A stretch of DNA of 64,000 nucleotides from Mustelus asterias. Lineage: Eukaryota. The notes under the pieces are model-generated. The model had not been told where the DNA came from. It saw only the letters and a program-made list of their open reading frames with translations, and made no database searches. This document shows, in pieces, positions 1 through 10,752 of this stretch; within the stretch, counting starts at the first letter, position 1, and every line of letters begins with the position of its first letter. The stretch spans positions 115,134,001 through 115,198,000 of the forward strand of contig NC_135807.1 in the NCBI RefSeq assembly GCF_964213995.1, written 5' to 3'. Both the position numbers and the translations under genes were made by a program.

Positions 1-1050
1 GTTTCAAGTCTAAATGACCTTTCATCAGAGCTCTGACGAAGGGTCATCTAGACTCGAAATGATAAGACCATAAGACCATAAGACATAGGAGCGGAAGTAA
101 GGCCATTCGGCCCATCGAGTCCACTCCACCATTCAATCATGGTTGATTTCAACTCCATTTACCCGCTCTCTCCCCATAGCCCTTAATTCCTCGAGAAATC
201 AAGAATTTATCAATTTCTGTCTTGAAGACGCTCAACGTCTCGGCCTCCACAGCCCTCTGTGGCAATGAATTCCACAGACCCACCACTCTCTGGCTGAAGA
301 AATTTCTCCTCATCTCTGTTCTAAAGTGACTCCCTTTTATTCTAAGGCTGTGCCCCCGCGTCCTAGTCTCCCCTGTTAATGGAAACAACTTCCCTACGTC
401 CATCCTATCTAAGCCGTTCATTATCTTGTAAGTTTCTATCAGATCTCCCCTCAACCTCCTAAACTCCAATGAATATAATCCCACGATCCTCAGACGTTCA
501 TCGTATGTCAGGCCTACCATTCCTGGGATCATCCGTGTGAATCTCCGCTGGACCCGCTCCAGTGCCAGTATGTCCTTCCTGAGGTGTGGGGCCCAAAATT
601 GCTCACAGTACTCCAAATGGGGCCTAACCAGTGCTTTATAAAGCCTCAGAAGTACATCCCTGCTTTTGTATTCCAAGCCTCTTGAGATAAATGACAACAT
701 TACATTTGCTTTCCTAATTACGGACTCAACCTGCAAGTTTACCTTTAGAGAATCCTGGACTAGGACTCCCAAGTCCCTTTGCACTTTAGCATTATGAATT
801 TTGTCACCGTTTAGAAAATAGTCCATGCCTCTATTCTTTTTTCCAAAGTGTACGACCTCGCACTTGCCCACGTTGAATTTCATCAGCCACTTCTTGGACC
901 ACTCTCCTAAACTGTCTAAATCTTTCTGCAGCCTCCCCACCTCCTCAATACTACCTGCCCCTCCACCTATCTTTGTAATGTATGGCTCTATTCTCCCCCC
1001 ACAGAAGCTGTCAGACCTGCTGAGATTCTCCAGCATTTTCTGTTTTTGTA
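1..1050 (+). mobile_element. Penelope-like terminal-repeat palindrome (family 2) with inverted hammerhead pair, split by a CR1 insertion (pieces 1-61 and 977-1050)
   Basis: Positions 2-59 form an imperfect palindrome. The + strand reads AGAGCT-CTGACGA-A-GGGTC-ATCTA-GACTC-GAAA and the - strand CTGATGA-AAGGTC-ATTTA-GACTT-GAAA. The sequence resumes after the CR1 with TATGGCTCT...CAGACCTGCTGAGATTCTCCAGCATTTTCTG; related termini lie on the - strand at ~49250-49340 and ~58945-59050. Confidence 0.6.
62..976 (-). mobile_element. CR1 LINE, 5'-truncated (ORF2 C-terminus plus 3' UTR)
   Basis: ORF 149..1054 carries CR1 motifs (LQKDLDSL..W, FNVGKC, RDLGVLV, LVRPHLEYC, RRLRGDLIETYKI). The tail is (TCTTATGG)n and the TSD is AATG at 58-61/977-980. 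Confidence 0.92.
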
Positions 1051-1169
1051 TCAAATTCCCAAGAAGGGGTTCAGCAGTGGGTGAGGGTTAATTAATGGTG
1101 GCCATTGAAGTCATTACAGCCCTGAATTTCTTAATCTCCATCTTGTTCCAACGATTTGCCTCTTACATT

Positions 1170-1520
1170 TTTTTTGATTCATTCATGGGAGGACATGGGG
1201 ATCGCTGGCTGGCCAGCATTTATTGCCCATCCCTAGTTGCCCTCATTGAGAGTCAACCACATTGTTGTGGCTGTGGAGTCACATGTAGACCAGATTGGGG
1301 AAGAATGGCAGATTTCCTTCCCGACAACACACTAGTGAACCAGATGGGTTTTTCTGACAATGGTTTCATGGTCATCAGTAGATTCTTAATTCCATATACT
1401 TTTATTGCATTCAAATTCCACCATCTGCCATGGCGGGATTTGGATCCATGGACGCAGATCCCGAGAACATTAGCTGAGTTTTAGGGGGATTAATAGTTTA
1501 GAGATAATACCACCAGGTCG
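1170..1520 (-). mobile_element. tRNA-type SINE sharing its 3' end with the LINE at 6410-8530
   Basis: Contains TTCAAATTCCACCATCTGCC and the GCTGGCCAGCATTTATTGCCCATCCC terminus. Related copies lie at 4005-4380, 13373-13514 and 60762-60900. Confidence 0.6.
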
Positions 1521-1529
1521 TCACCTCTC

Positions 1530-2250
1530 AATGTCATGATCTGCTGCTCACAAATTTATCCCCAAAGTAATTGATGGCATGCATGGTAATGTCATCAACT
1601 AATGTGCAGGAATGAGGTCAGTCAGACACAGGGGCTCCTGACTTTCACTGAAGTGATTGAATCTCCACAGGTACAGGAGTCATTGACTGCACATCTGACA
1701 ATCAAATCTTCTCAGACTATCCAGGAGTATTTATAAAACCATTCCCTTAATTTTCAGTTTGTGCGATTATCAGAAAATTATCATGCATATCTGTGCAAGA
1801 TATCTTGGGAGAGGCCACGACACCGCCATTCTGCAAAAGTCACATCTCACATAGGCCTTCACACCTTCATGCAGTATCAGGTCTTGATTCCATGGAGATA
1901 AGGGCTACCCTCGATGGATGTGGCCTGAAAGGAGTCCCAGCACTGATGCAGAGAAAAGGCACAACTGGATACAGAAGAGCAGAAGGGTGGTCATAGAGCC
2001 TGTCATTGGGTTTCAGACATTGTGATTCAGGTGTTTGAAATGATCTGGCGGTACCAGCAAAGCTTCCCAAAATGGTAGTGGTCTGCTCTACCCTGCACGA
2101 TGTTGCAACATAGAGAGAACTGAAAGAGGGGGAAGGTGATGACTGTCCTACATACTTAGAAGAGCAGCAGGATGAAGAAGAGCTTACTGCAGCCAGGGTT
2201 CCTGCAGCCATTCATCTAGATGCCAGAGAAGCCCATAATGGATTCAACCC
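1530..2250 (+). pseudogene. Decayed PIF/Harbinger (HARBI1-like) transposase
   Basis: Fragmented frames VCDYQKIIMHICARYLG, DKGYPRWMW and PSTDAEKRHN, plus an acidic C-terminus, align by eye with the transposase at 29526-30812. Confidence 0.6.
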
Positions 2251-2359
2251 AGTACAGTTCACATAACTTGAATATGTGAAGCCAAATAGCAAAACAGTCT
2301 CTACTGACCCCATGCCATCTTCCAAACACAAATCATTTCCACAATCAGTACGCCCTCCA

Positions 2360-3990
2360 CCTATGGACTGTGCATCCTGTTCTATGTGGGAACTCATGGA
2401 CACTTCTCATTTCCTGGACAACCAAATGTGCAGAGACAGTTGTCATGTGGAGGAGTTGAAGTCTGGATTTAGGAGCTTAAGTAGCACCTAGAATCACTGC
2501 GGCACATGTGTGAGGTAGAATATTTCATGAATAGCACATTTATCGACATGGTTACCCTACAGCTTACGGGTATGCAAGTAGAGAGGGAATAGGTGACTGC
2601 CAGGCAGTCACGAAGCATCAGGCAGCTACAAGAGCCCCCTGAGTGCATCTCCCTCTCCAACCAATATTCCATCTTGAACTCTGGTGAGAGGGGTATCTCC
2701 TCCGGAGTGTGCAGCCAAAACCTAATCCATGGCTGGCTGAGGAGTATGGAGGTGGGGACGTGCAATTGGGGAGCTGGTGGAAGATTTAGAAAGCAAAAGT
2801 GATAATGGATTTGATATTTAGAGACACAAACACATGGCCACAATTGTGAATCCAAGGTGATATGTTTGCTTCTCTGACTGTGAAGTTGTACGAACTAAGT
2901 AAGGGCATGATGGGAAAATTGATCAACTATTTGTTACAATATAAAGAACGGCTGACCAAAGCGATTTCAAAATGCCAGACCCTTGTAAGAGTTAATAAGG
3001 CTGTATGAGTAAATAAAACAAGATAAGGTCAGGGAGGAAGGAGTCACCGACCTTCTTCTGTTCCATCAAAGGACAAGATAAGGTTATGAATAATGAGACA
3101 AAGAGTTCTGGTAGGTCAGCAAGTTAAAACCTGATTAATGATATTGCTCACAATTCTATTACTACTCAAATTCCTGAAAATGCTCTGGTCACGAAAACTG
3201 ATAATGATTATGTATAAATACTGAACTGATTCTTTGTATAATTGCGGACTTGTGGAAGAATCAGGAGCTGTATCAACTGCTCTCTGACCCCAAGTTTCAG
3301 CCATATACTGCATGCAGTTATTCATAAATAAATGCTTGTTCTATTGATGAAACACATTTTGTAGAGTCTATCTTTCACAGTCAAGAAGCAGGAAAAGTTT
3401 CCACTTCAACATGACACAAGAGTCAAGGATGGTACTCAGTGACTGGAGAACATTCTGAGGGGGTTGGGGTCAGGAGCAAACAGCCAGTGATTGTAATCCA
3501 TATTAACATTAAGGATAGAGGCAGAGAGAAGAATTTAATTAATTAATTGAACAGGCCAACTTCAATGAGATGAGAATGGATCTGGCCCAGATAAACTAGA
3601 ATCAAAAATTGGTGGACAAAGCTGTAATGAACAATGGGTTATCTTTAAAGTAAAATTGATGTGGGTACAGCTGAGGTACATTCCTATGAGGGGGAAAAGT
3701 AAGCTCCCTGGATGGCAAAAGAGATAAAGAATAAGATGAAGCAGTAAAAGGGTATAAATGACAAATGTCCGATTGATTTTAAAAACAGGCTGAATATCCT
3801 TGTTCAGAGGACAAGTGAAAAAGAGACAAAGAGAAAGTATGAGGAAAGGCTGTCAACTAACATGAAAGGCAATGCAAAAGTGTTCTACAGGCATAAAAAT
3901 AATACAACAAATGTGGTACATTAGTGGCAGGGGACCAATCAGGAATCTTAAAGATGATTTACCCATGCTTGCAGGGGACATGGATAAGGA
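2360..3990 (+). mobile_element. Old CR1 LINE 5'/middle remnant (ORF1 zinc-finger and esterase pieces, ORF2 pieces)
   Basis: CASCSMWE..., ISLSNQYSIL and an LPxTRVKD-like motif (split by the LTR at 2879-3411), followed by degenerate ORF2-like sequence. Confidence 0.6.
2879..3411 (+). mobile_element. Solo LTR (533 bp)
   Basis: TGT...ACA termini and a 4-bp TSD TGAC (2875-2878/3412-3415). TATAA near 3237 and AATAAA near 3327. Removing it restores the CR1 ORF1 motif. Confidence 0.8.
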
Positions 3991-4004
3991 ATTAAATGTA
4001 TATT

Positions 4005-4380
4005 TTATTTATTCATTCTTGGGATATGGGTATTGCTGTCTGGGCCAGTATTTGTTACCCAACCCTAATTGCTCTTGAATTGAGTGGCTTGCTAGATCAT
4101 TTCAGAGGACATTTCAGAAACAACCACAATGCACTGGCTCTGGAGTCAGAAGTAGGCCAAACCAGACAGGAGGGCATATTTCCTTCTCTAAAGAACATTA
4201 GTTAACCAGATGGGTTTTTACAACATTGGTGTCATGGTCATTGGACTTTTTAATTACAGATTTTTATGGAATTCAAACTTCATCATCTGCCATTGTGGGA
4301 TTCAAACCAGGGCTCACAGAGCATTACCCTTGGTCTCTGGATTACTAGTCCAGTAACAATACCACTACACCAATGCCTCC
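4005..4380 (-). mobile_element. tRNA-type SINE (same family as 1170-1520)
   Basis: Colinear similarity to 1170-1520, with box-B-like GGTTTGAATCCC on the - strand. Confidence 0.6.
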
Positions 4381-4852
4381 CCCCCTTGTCTTTACCAAGG
4401 AAGACTATCCCGCCCAGGTCACTGTGAAAAGTAAGTTGCTGGGCTTGATATTGATAAAGAGGAGAAATTTGAAGGCTAGCTTTATTTGGAATCGATAAAT
4501 CACCAGGATTAGATAGGATGCATCCAAGAATACTGAGCGAAGGAAAGCCTCTACCTTCCATGCTTTCCTGGTTGGAGAAATTGGTCTCTTCCTCCCCTCT
4601 GCTGGAAACAGCACTTCACCATGGGACCTCATGTCCCATGTACACTCTCTGGGGACGAGTTGGAGAGTGCCAGATGGGGGAGGCTCGGAGGAGACCTCCT
4701 TTCCACGTCAAACTTTCCAACTCTTCTGGTTGCTGAAGCCTCAAGAATCAAGGTAGAATTCCATCACTCTGATCACTGCTGGGGACCCTTTAACTAGAAC
4801 TCTTTCCATTGACAGGTACAGGTCACTTGCACACCCATTGTGATTAATTGAC

Positions 4853-4913
4853 AAACACAGTAAGAAATCTAACAACACCAGGTTAAAGTCCAACAGGTTT
4901 AATTGAGAAAGCC
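4853..4913 (-). mobile_element. Penelope-like terminal fragment (family 1)
   Basis: AAACACAGTAAGAAATCTAACAACACCAGGTTAAAGTCCAACAGGTTTA matches the reverse complement of ~23255-23303. Confidence 0.75.
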
Positions 4914-5621
4914 AAAGATGGAATGCTAACATGTTGTGGTTGAATGAATCAACATTGGCAAAGCCAACTTTGCAATGATTGGGTTCTGGGTTGGTTCTAT
5001 TAAAACACTATCCTATTAGCCTTCAGCAATGGCTTCACTGGCAGGAACTTGCAAATACGTTGTGACCAATTAACATGTATAGTTTCCATTCTTCATTTGG
5101 ACATAGAAACATATAATGGAAATATAAAAATGATTAAAGAATACAAGATCAAACATGAACTTATTGAATGGTGGAGCATGTTCGAGGGGCCACATTGCCT
5201 ACTCTTGCTCCTGATTCAAATGTTTGTATGTTTTAAAATGGTGAGTGGACTGAATTATATCTGTATTTCCTGTTCTAATGAACGCTTGGCTTCCCATCTT
5301 GCTGCATCTGACAACTGCACTTGTTTTACGTCCATCTGTACAATGCTGCAGAAAATCACTATTGCCAATAAGAAAATACTAGGAAATGACCCTGTTAGAG
5401 CAGAGGGATTCAACTTATTTCACATATTTTATGGAACACCTTTGACATGTTCATATACTTTGTCATTTGTTATACCTCAGTTACATCTGATACTGCAAAT
5501 TAAACCTCATTTTTAAGATACTGCACCATGCACTGGTCAGAATTTACTTGACATGTTAGAATGTTCCTTTTATTCACTTGTGAAGGCAGGATTTGCTCTG
5601 GTGCCTTATATTTATGCACAC

Positions 5622-5747
5622 AGCATGGGATTTTACAGCCTTGCTCATCCCAAAACCATAAAATCCCACCCGAGGTCAAAGGGACCTTCCCAGGCTCTGC
5701 CCCTCGCCCACTCCGGTTCCCACGGCAGTTGGGTAAAATTCCGGCCA
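5622..5747. mobile_element. Short non-autonomous Harbinger-type MITE; relatives at ~39070-39185, 46178-46280 and 54731-54858
   Basis: Termini of the GGGATTTTA ... TAAAATTCCGGCC type resemble the Harbinger TIR at 25687. The internal AAATCCCACCCGAGGTCAA motif recurs in the other copies. Confidence 0.5.
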
Positions 5748-6409
5748 CAGAGTCTGGAAAAGATGACACCTCACAGAATGGGACAGATTTCTGTTCCTGG
5801 TTCAGGACTGCCCAGAGTTAATGGGAGAAAAAATTACGACTGGTGCACAGATCTGGAGACCCAACCTCCATTTTCCATCATGTGAGAAAAGGGGATTGGG
5901 GGAGTAGGTCGGGATCTCCGCACACTGCTATTCAGAAGTTGTCAACACTACTCTAGAAGTGATAATTTCAAACCTTCTGAGGTTTTCAGTGAGGCAGCTG
6001 CATTTTGGAATACACATAAAGTAACCCTGTGATAAGCAGTGGTATAAATCATGGAGGCAGGACGAGTTTAAATGGGGAGTAAAAATGGTATCATCCCCTT
6101 TGCAGTAAATGGTGAAATGTGGTATCCTATGTTATAGCTATGTCTACTATAGTGTGCAACAACAGTGCTGTGATTGAAAAAGGCGAGTGACCATTACATA
6201 TTATCATTGCAAGGCTGTCACTTCTACTTTATTTATTCTTTCATCAAGTGTCAGATCATGCCCGAGATCAGGTGCAAAGCCTTTTCTTGTCAGTGTGAAT
6301 CATGAATGTCTATCTTGTGGAACCATGTATTGGATTCAATTTGAATTTGAATTGGTTTTTGCCCTGGCCACTCTATGCATTGCTTTGTAACTTTAATACA
6401 GGAATATAT

Positions 6410-8530
6410 TTTTCAAATTCTTTCATGAGATGTGCTCATCACAAACTAGGCCAGCATTTATTGCCGCCAAGTGCCCTTGTGAAGGTGGGGGTGAGCCACC
6501 TTCTTGAATCACGACAGTCCCCGTGGTGTAGGTACACCCACAATTCTGTTAGGGAGGGTGTTTCAAGGTTTTGTCCCAGTAAGAGAGAAGGTACGGCGAT
6601 ATAGTTCCAAGTCAGGATGGCATGTGATTTGAGGAGGATTTTGCAGGTGGCGCTGTTGCTATGCATCTGTGGCCCTCGTCCACCTAAGCGGTAGAGGTAA
6701 TGGGTTTGGAAGGTCCTGTTGAAGAAGCCTTGATGTTTGCTGCAGTGCATCTGTATATGGTACGCATTACTGCTGCTGTACATCAGTGATGGAAGCAGTG
6801 ATTGCTTAAGGTTGTGCATGAGGTACCAAGCAAGCAGACTGCTTTGTCTTCGATGGGTTGAGCTTCTTGAGTGCTATTGGAGCTGCACTCATCCAGAATG
6901 AAGACAGACTTTGGGGGATCAAGAGGTGAGTTACTTCCCACAGAATTCCCAGCCTCTGACCTGCTCTTGTAGCCAAAGTATTTATATAGTTGGTCCAATT
7001 CAGTCTCTAGTCAATGGTAACTCCCAGGAAGTTGATATTCAGTGATGTTAACATACCTGAGTATTTAGGGAGGATGGTTAGATCCTTTCTTGATGCAGAT
7101 GGACATGTGCCGCACAGGAGTTAGGCAAAATGCCACTTGTCGCTGAATAGCCTAAGCCTGAATGTTACCAAGGTCCTGTTCCATATGGACATGAGGATTT
7201 GTGAACTGTGCTGAACATGGCGCAATCATCAGTGAATACCTCCACTTCTAATCCTCTGATGGAGGGAACATCATTGATGAAGCAGTTGAAGATGGATGGG
7301 CCTGGAATATTATCCTGAGAAAGTCCTGCGGTGATTTCCTTGGACTGAGAGGATTGACCACCAATAACCACAACCCATCTTCCCTGGTGCTCAGAATGAT
7401 TCAAACCAGTGGAGGCATTTCCCCAATTCCCATTGACTCCAGTTTTTGGTGGGGCCCCTTGATGCCACATTAAGTTAAATGCTGCCTTAATGCTTCATAT
7501 TTGAATTCACTTCATATTTGAATTCAACTCTTTTGTCCAAGTTTAGATAAATACTATAGTGCAGTCAGGAACTGAATGACCCCGGCAGAATATGAACGGA
7601 GTGGGAATGGAGGGATACAAAAGAGTGGTCTAGTTTGGACCAGGGAGCGGCGCGGGCTAATTGTTCCTTGTTTCTCGTTTCAAGGCTTCATTCTATGATC
7701 ATCTTGCTGGTGCCAGTACAGAGCGAGACTGCGGATAGTTGGGAACCTGTCTCGGGGGCAGGGAATTCAGATGGTGTTCGTGGAAGTGGAAATGACTAGG
7801 GTTGGGAAGCATTTTCCGATCAGGGCCATTGTGATCTCCTGGACTCGTTTCGATCGCCTCAGGGGGTCGGAGAGGAATTTCCCAGATTTTTTTTCCCCAT
7901 ATTGGCCCTGGGGTTTTTCACTCTGGGTTTTCGCCTCTCCCTGGAGATCACATGGTCTGGAATGGGGGGGGTGGGGGTGAGTTAATAGGTTGTAATGAAC
8001 AAAGCATCGTAGCTGTGAGGGACAGCTCGGTGGATAGGATATTGGTATGTAGATAGGCTGGAAAATTGGGCGGGGATCCTGGATTCAGGATTCAATCCTG
8101 GACCGGGGAGCGGCGCGGGCTTGGAGGGCCGAAGGGCCTGTTCCTGTGCTGTATTGTTCTTTGTTCTTTGTTCTTTCTTTTCTTTAGAACCCAAACTAAG
8201 CACCAGTGAGCAGGTTATTGCAGAGTAACTGCTGTTTGATAGGATTGCCAAAGATCCTTTCCATCACTATGTTGATGACTGATAGCAGACTGATGTGGCA
8301 TTAATTGGCTAGGTTGGATTTGTCCAGTCTTTTGTGGACAGGATATACCTGAACAATTTTTCACAGTGTAGCAGCTATACTGGAACAGCTTGGCTATGGG
8401 CACAGCTACTTCAGGAGCATTATTGCCAGAATGTTGTCAGGGTCCATCGACTTTGTAGTATCCTATGCATTAAGATGTTTCCACTTAGCCCTTTGGGCTG
8501 AAGATGCTTTAGCCTTGTCTTTTGCACTTA
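6410..8530 (-). mobile_element. Degenerate CR1/L2-group LINE (RT and C-terminal fragments)
   Basis: ORF 7165..7470 gives VVIGGQSS..EITAGLSQ...GPSIFNCFINDVP...VFTDD, and ORF 6439..6819 gives the C-terminus. Same family as 51255-52105 and 21312-23420. Confidence 0.8.
7592..8185 (+). mobile_element. CR1 3' end with a long structured 3' UTR variant
   Basis: Starts in the ORF2 end (MNGVGMEGYKRVV*) and ends in (TTGTTCT)n. Relative to 63830-63910 it has an extra ~440 bp between 22-bp direct repeats (7636-7657, 8099-8120). Confidence 0.85.
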
Positions 8531-8728
8531 TGGTGACTGGCGAGTTCAAGTGAAAGAACAAGATTGCGAAAGTAGAATAATCTTCAGGTGCATTAGAACA
8601 AACCATCCTCTGAATTTAGTGGTATTCTGCACTGTAAAACACTGAACGTGTAGCCCAGTATGAGAACAAAAGGTAATTGCTTAAATATTGCCCACAGCTT
8701 CCATTACTTTTTTTAAAAAGAATTGGCC

Positions 8729-10752
8729 TGTAATAATTCCACGGAGGTGAAAGCCCCGTCACCAAGTTACTTTATTTACACCATACATCTGTACACAGCC
8801 AGCTCTCCAGTTGCTCCCTGCTGAATGCAGGCTGGGAGTCTGACACACCTGCTTTAAAATAGGGAGCATGAAGCACCTTGATTTAACCATCAATTAGGAC
8901 TCATCAGGTAGTTCATACTCTAGCAAGCTAACCTCAATAGCCTGGCTGAAGTCATCACATTCCTCCCCCCCCAAAGTCTGAGGAATCCCCTCGGTTTGCT
9001 TCTCACAGGGGTCTTTTCCTCTGCTTGAGCGCCAGGTCCGGATCCTCCAACTCGGCCTCTGATGTCAGCGGTGTGTAACGGTTGGGCCCTGTCTCTTCCG
9101 CCGCGAACGCCAGTGGTCTGGTTCCTCGTCCACTTCAGGTGGTAGGGGAATCATGGCAGCTTCATCTCCTGTGTCCATTTCGGATTCTGAGGTCCCCATC
9201 AAGGGTGCAGGGGAGGCGGTATTTGCTTGTCGAGGGGGACTCTGCTCGTCTCTAAGGCTGCAGCCTCGGTTCCGGAATGGGTGGAAACTTGAAGCTCGTC
9301 CAGGTGTTTCCTTACCAGTGCCTCGCCTACACGTACTCGGTAGGATACCAGTCCGGTCCTGGACTCGACTGTTCCGGTTACCCAGGCGGGTCCATTTGCA
9401 TAATTTCTGACCCAAACTCTCTCCCCCACTTCAAAGTGCCTCTCTCAGCGAGTGTTGTTATGGCCCCTGCACTGGGCTTCCTGGTGTCTTTCCACCTTTC
9501 CTCCCAGGTTGAGCAACAACAGGCTCAGTCTAGTGCGGGGCCGTCTGCCCAACTGCTAGTGCAGTTCCCGTGGTGGCGTGTGGAGTGGTCCTATAGTCAA
9601 ATAACCACCTTGAGAGTTTCATCTCTAATGAGGCCGCTGGCTGTTTTTTCAACCCGGCCTTTAACGTCTGAATTGCCCCATAAATGGGCCTGCAAAATCG
9701 ACATGAGTCATGACCATTGTCTGCCTGGTAATTCCCACGGGTGCAGCAGGGCTGCCAGTGGTGCCTTCTGCTCCTGTTGGCACTTCTGGCACTGTCCTAC
9801 CAGTTTCACTATATCTGCGTCCAGACCTGACCGCCAGACTTAGCTCCTGGCCAGCATCTTCATTTTTGATACTCCAGGGTGTCCATGGTGTAGTTCGGCC
9901 AGTATGGCCCGACGGCCCTGCCTTGGGATGATGACCCGTGCTCCCCACAGCAGCATCCTGTCTTCCACCGTGTTCTGCTCCCTCCTGCTCCAGTATGGGT
10001 GGAACTGTGGATGGACTGGTCTTTCCAGCTGCCCTGTCAGCACCAGGTGCTCTACCTTCGCCAATATAGGGTCCTTCTGCGTCCACTGGCGTATATTGTG
10101 TGCATCCACCGGGAGAGTATCCATGAAGTTTAACATCATCAGGGTCTCCTCCATTCTGGGCACCAATGGTGGGGTGTCTGGTAATGGTAGCCGGCTTAAG
10201 GCATCGGCGTTTGCCACTCTAGTCCTTGGTTGGTGCTCCAATCGATACTGATATGCCTCCAGCAATAATGCCCAACGCTGGATCTGGGCTGACGCTATCA
10301 GTGGCACTACTTTGTCTTCCTTCAGTAGGCCCAGCAAGGGTTTATGATCTGTTACGACCGTAAATTTTCACCCATACAAATACTGGCGAAATTGTTTTGA
10401 CTGCGAAGATTACCATCAATCCTTTCTTTTGAATCTGAGCATATCTTCGCTCTGCCATTGCCAGGATCCTAGAGGTATACGCTATTGGCCGCTCTTGTCC
10501 GTTCTGCCACCTGTGAGCCAGCACTGCGCCCAATCCATATGGGGACGCGTCACAGGTGAGTACCAATTCCTTCCTGGGGTCATAATGTACCAATACATTT
10601 TCGGATGAGAGTTGCAGTTTAATTTTCTTGAAGGTCCTGTCCTGGTGGGTCGACCATTCCCAAGTTTGTCCCTTTTTTAGCAACTGGTGGGGGGGACCCA
10701 GAATGGAGGCCCTATTCTGTATGAATTTCCCCTAGTATGTTGCCAGTCCAGG
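8729..10752 (-). mobile_element. Gypsy LTR retrotransposon 3' half (RNase H, integrase, PPT, 3' LTR 8729-8959), degenerate
   Basis: LVLTCDASPYGLGAVL, IQRWALLL..Y, ELHHGHPGVSKMKMLARS, HVDFAGPFMG. A polypurine tract adjoins the TG...CA LTR; stops and frameshifts are present. Confidence 0.92.
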
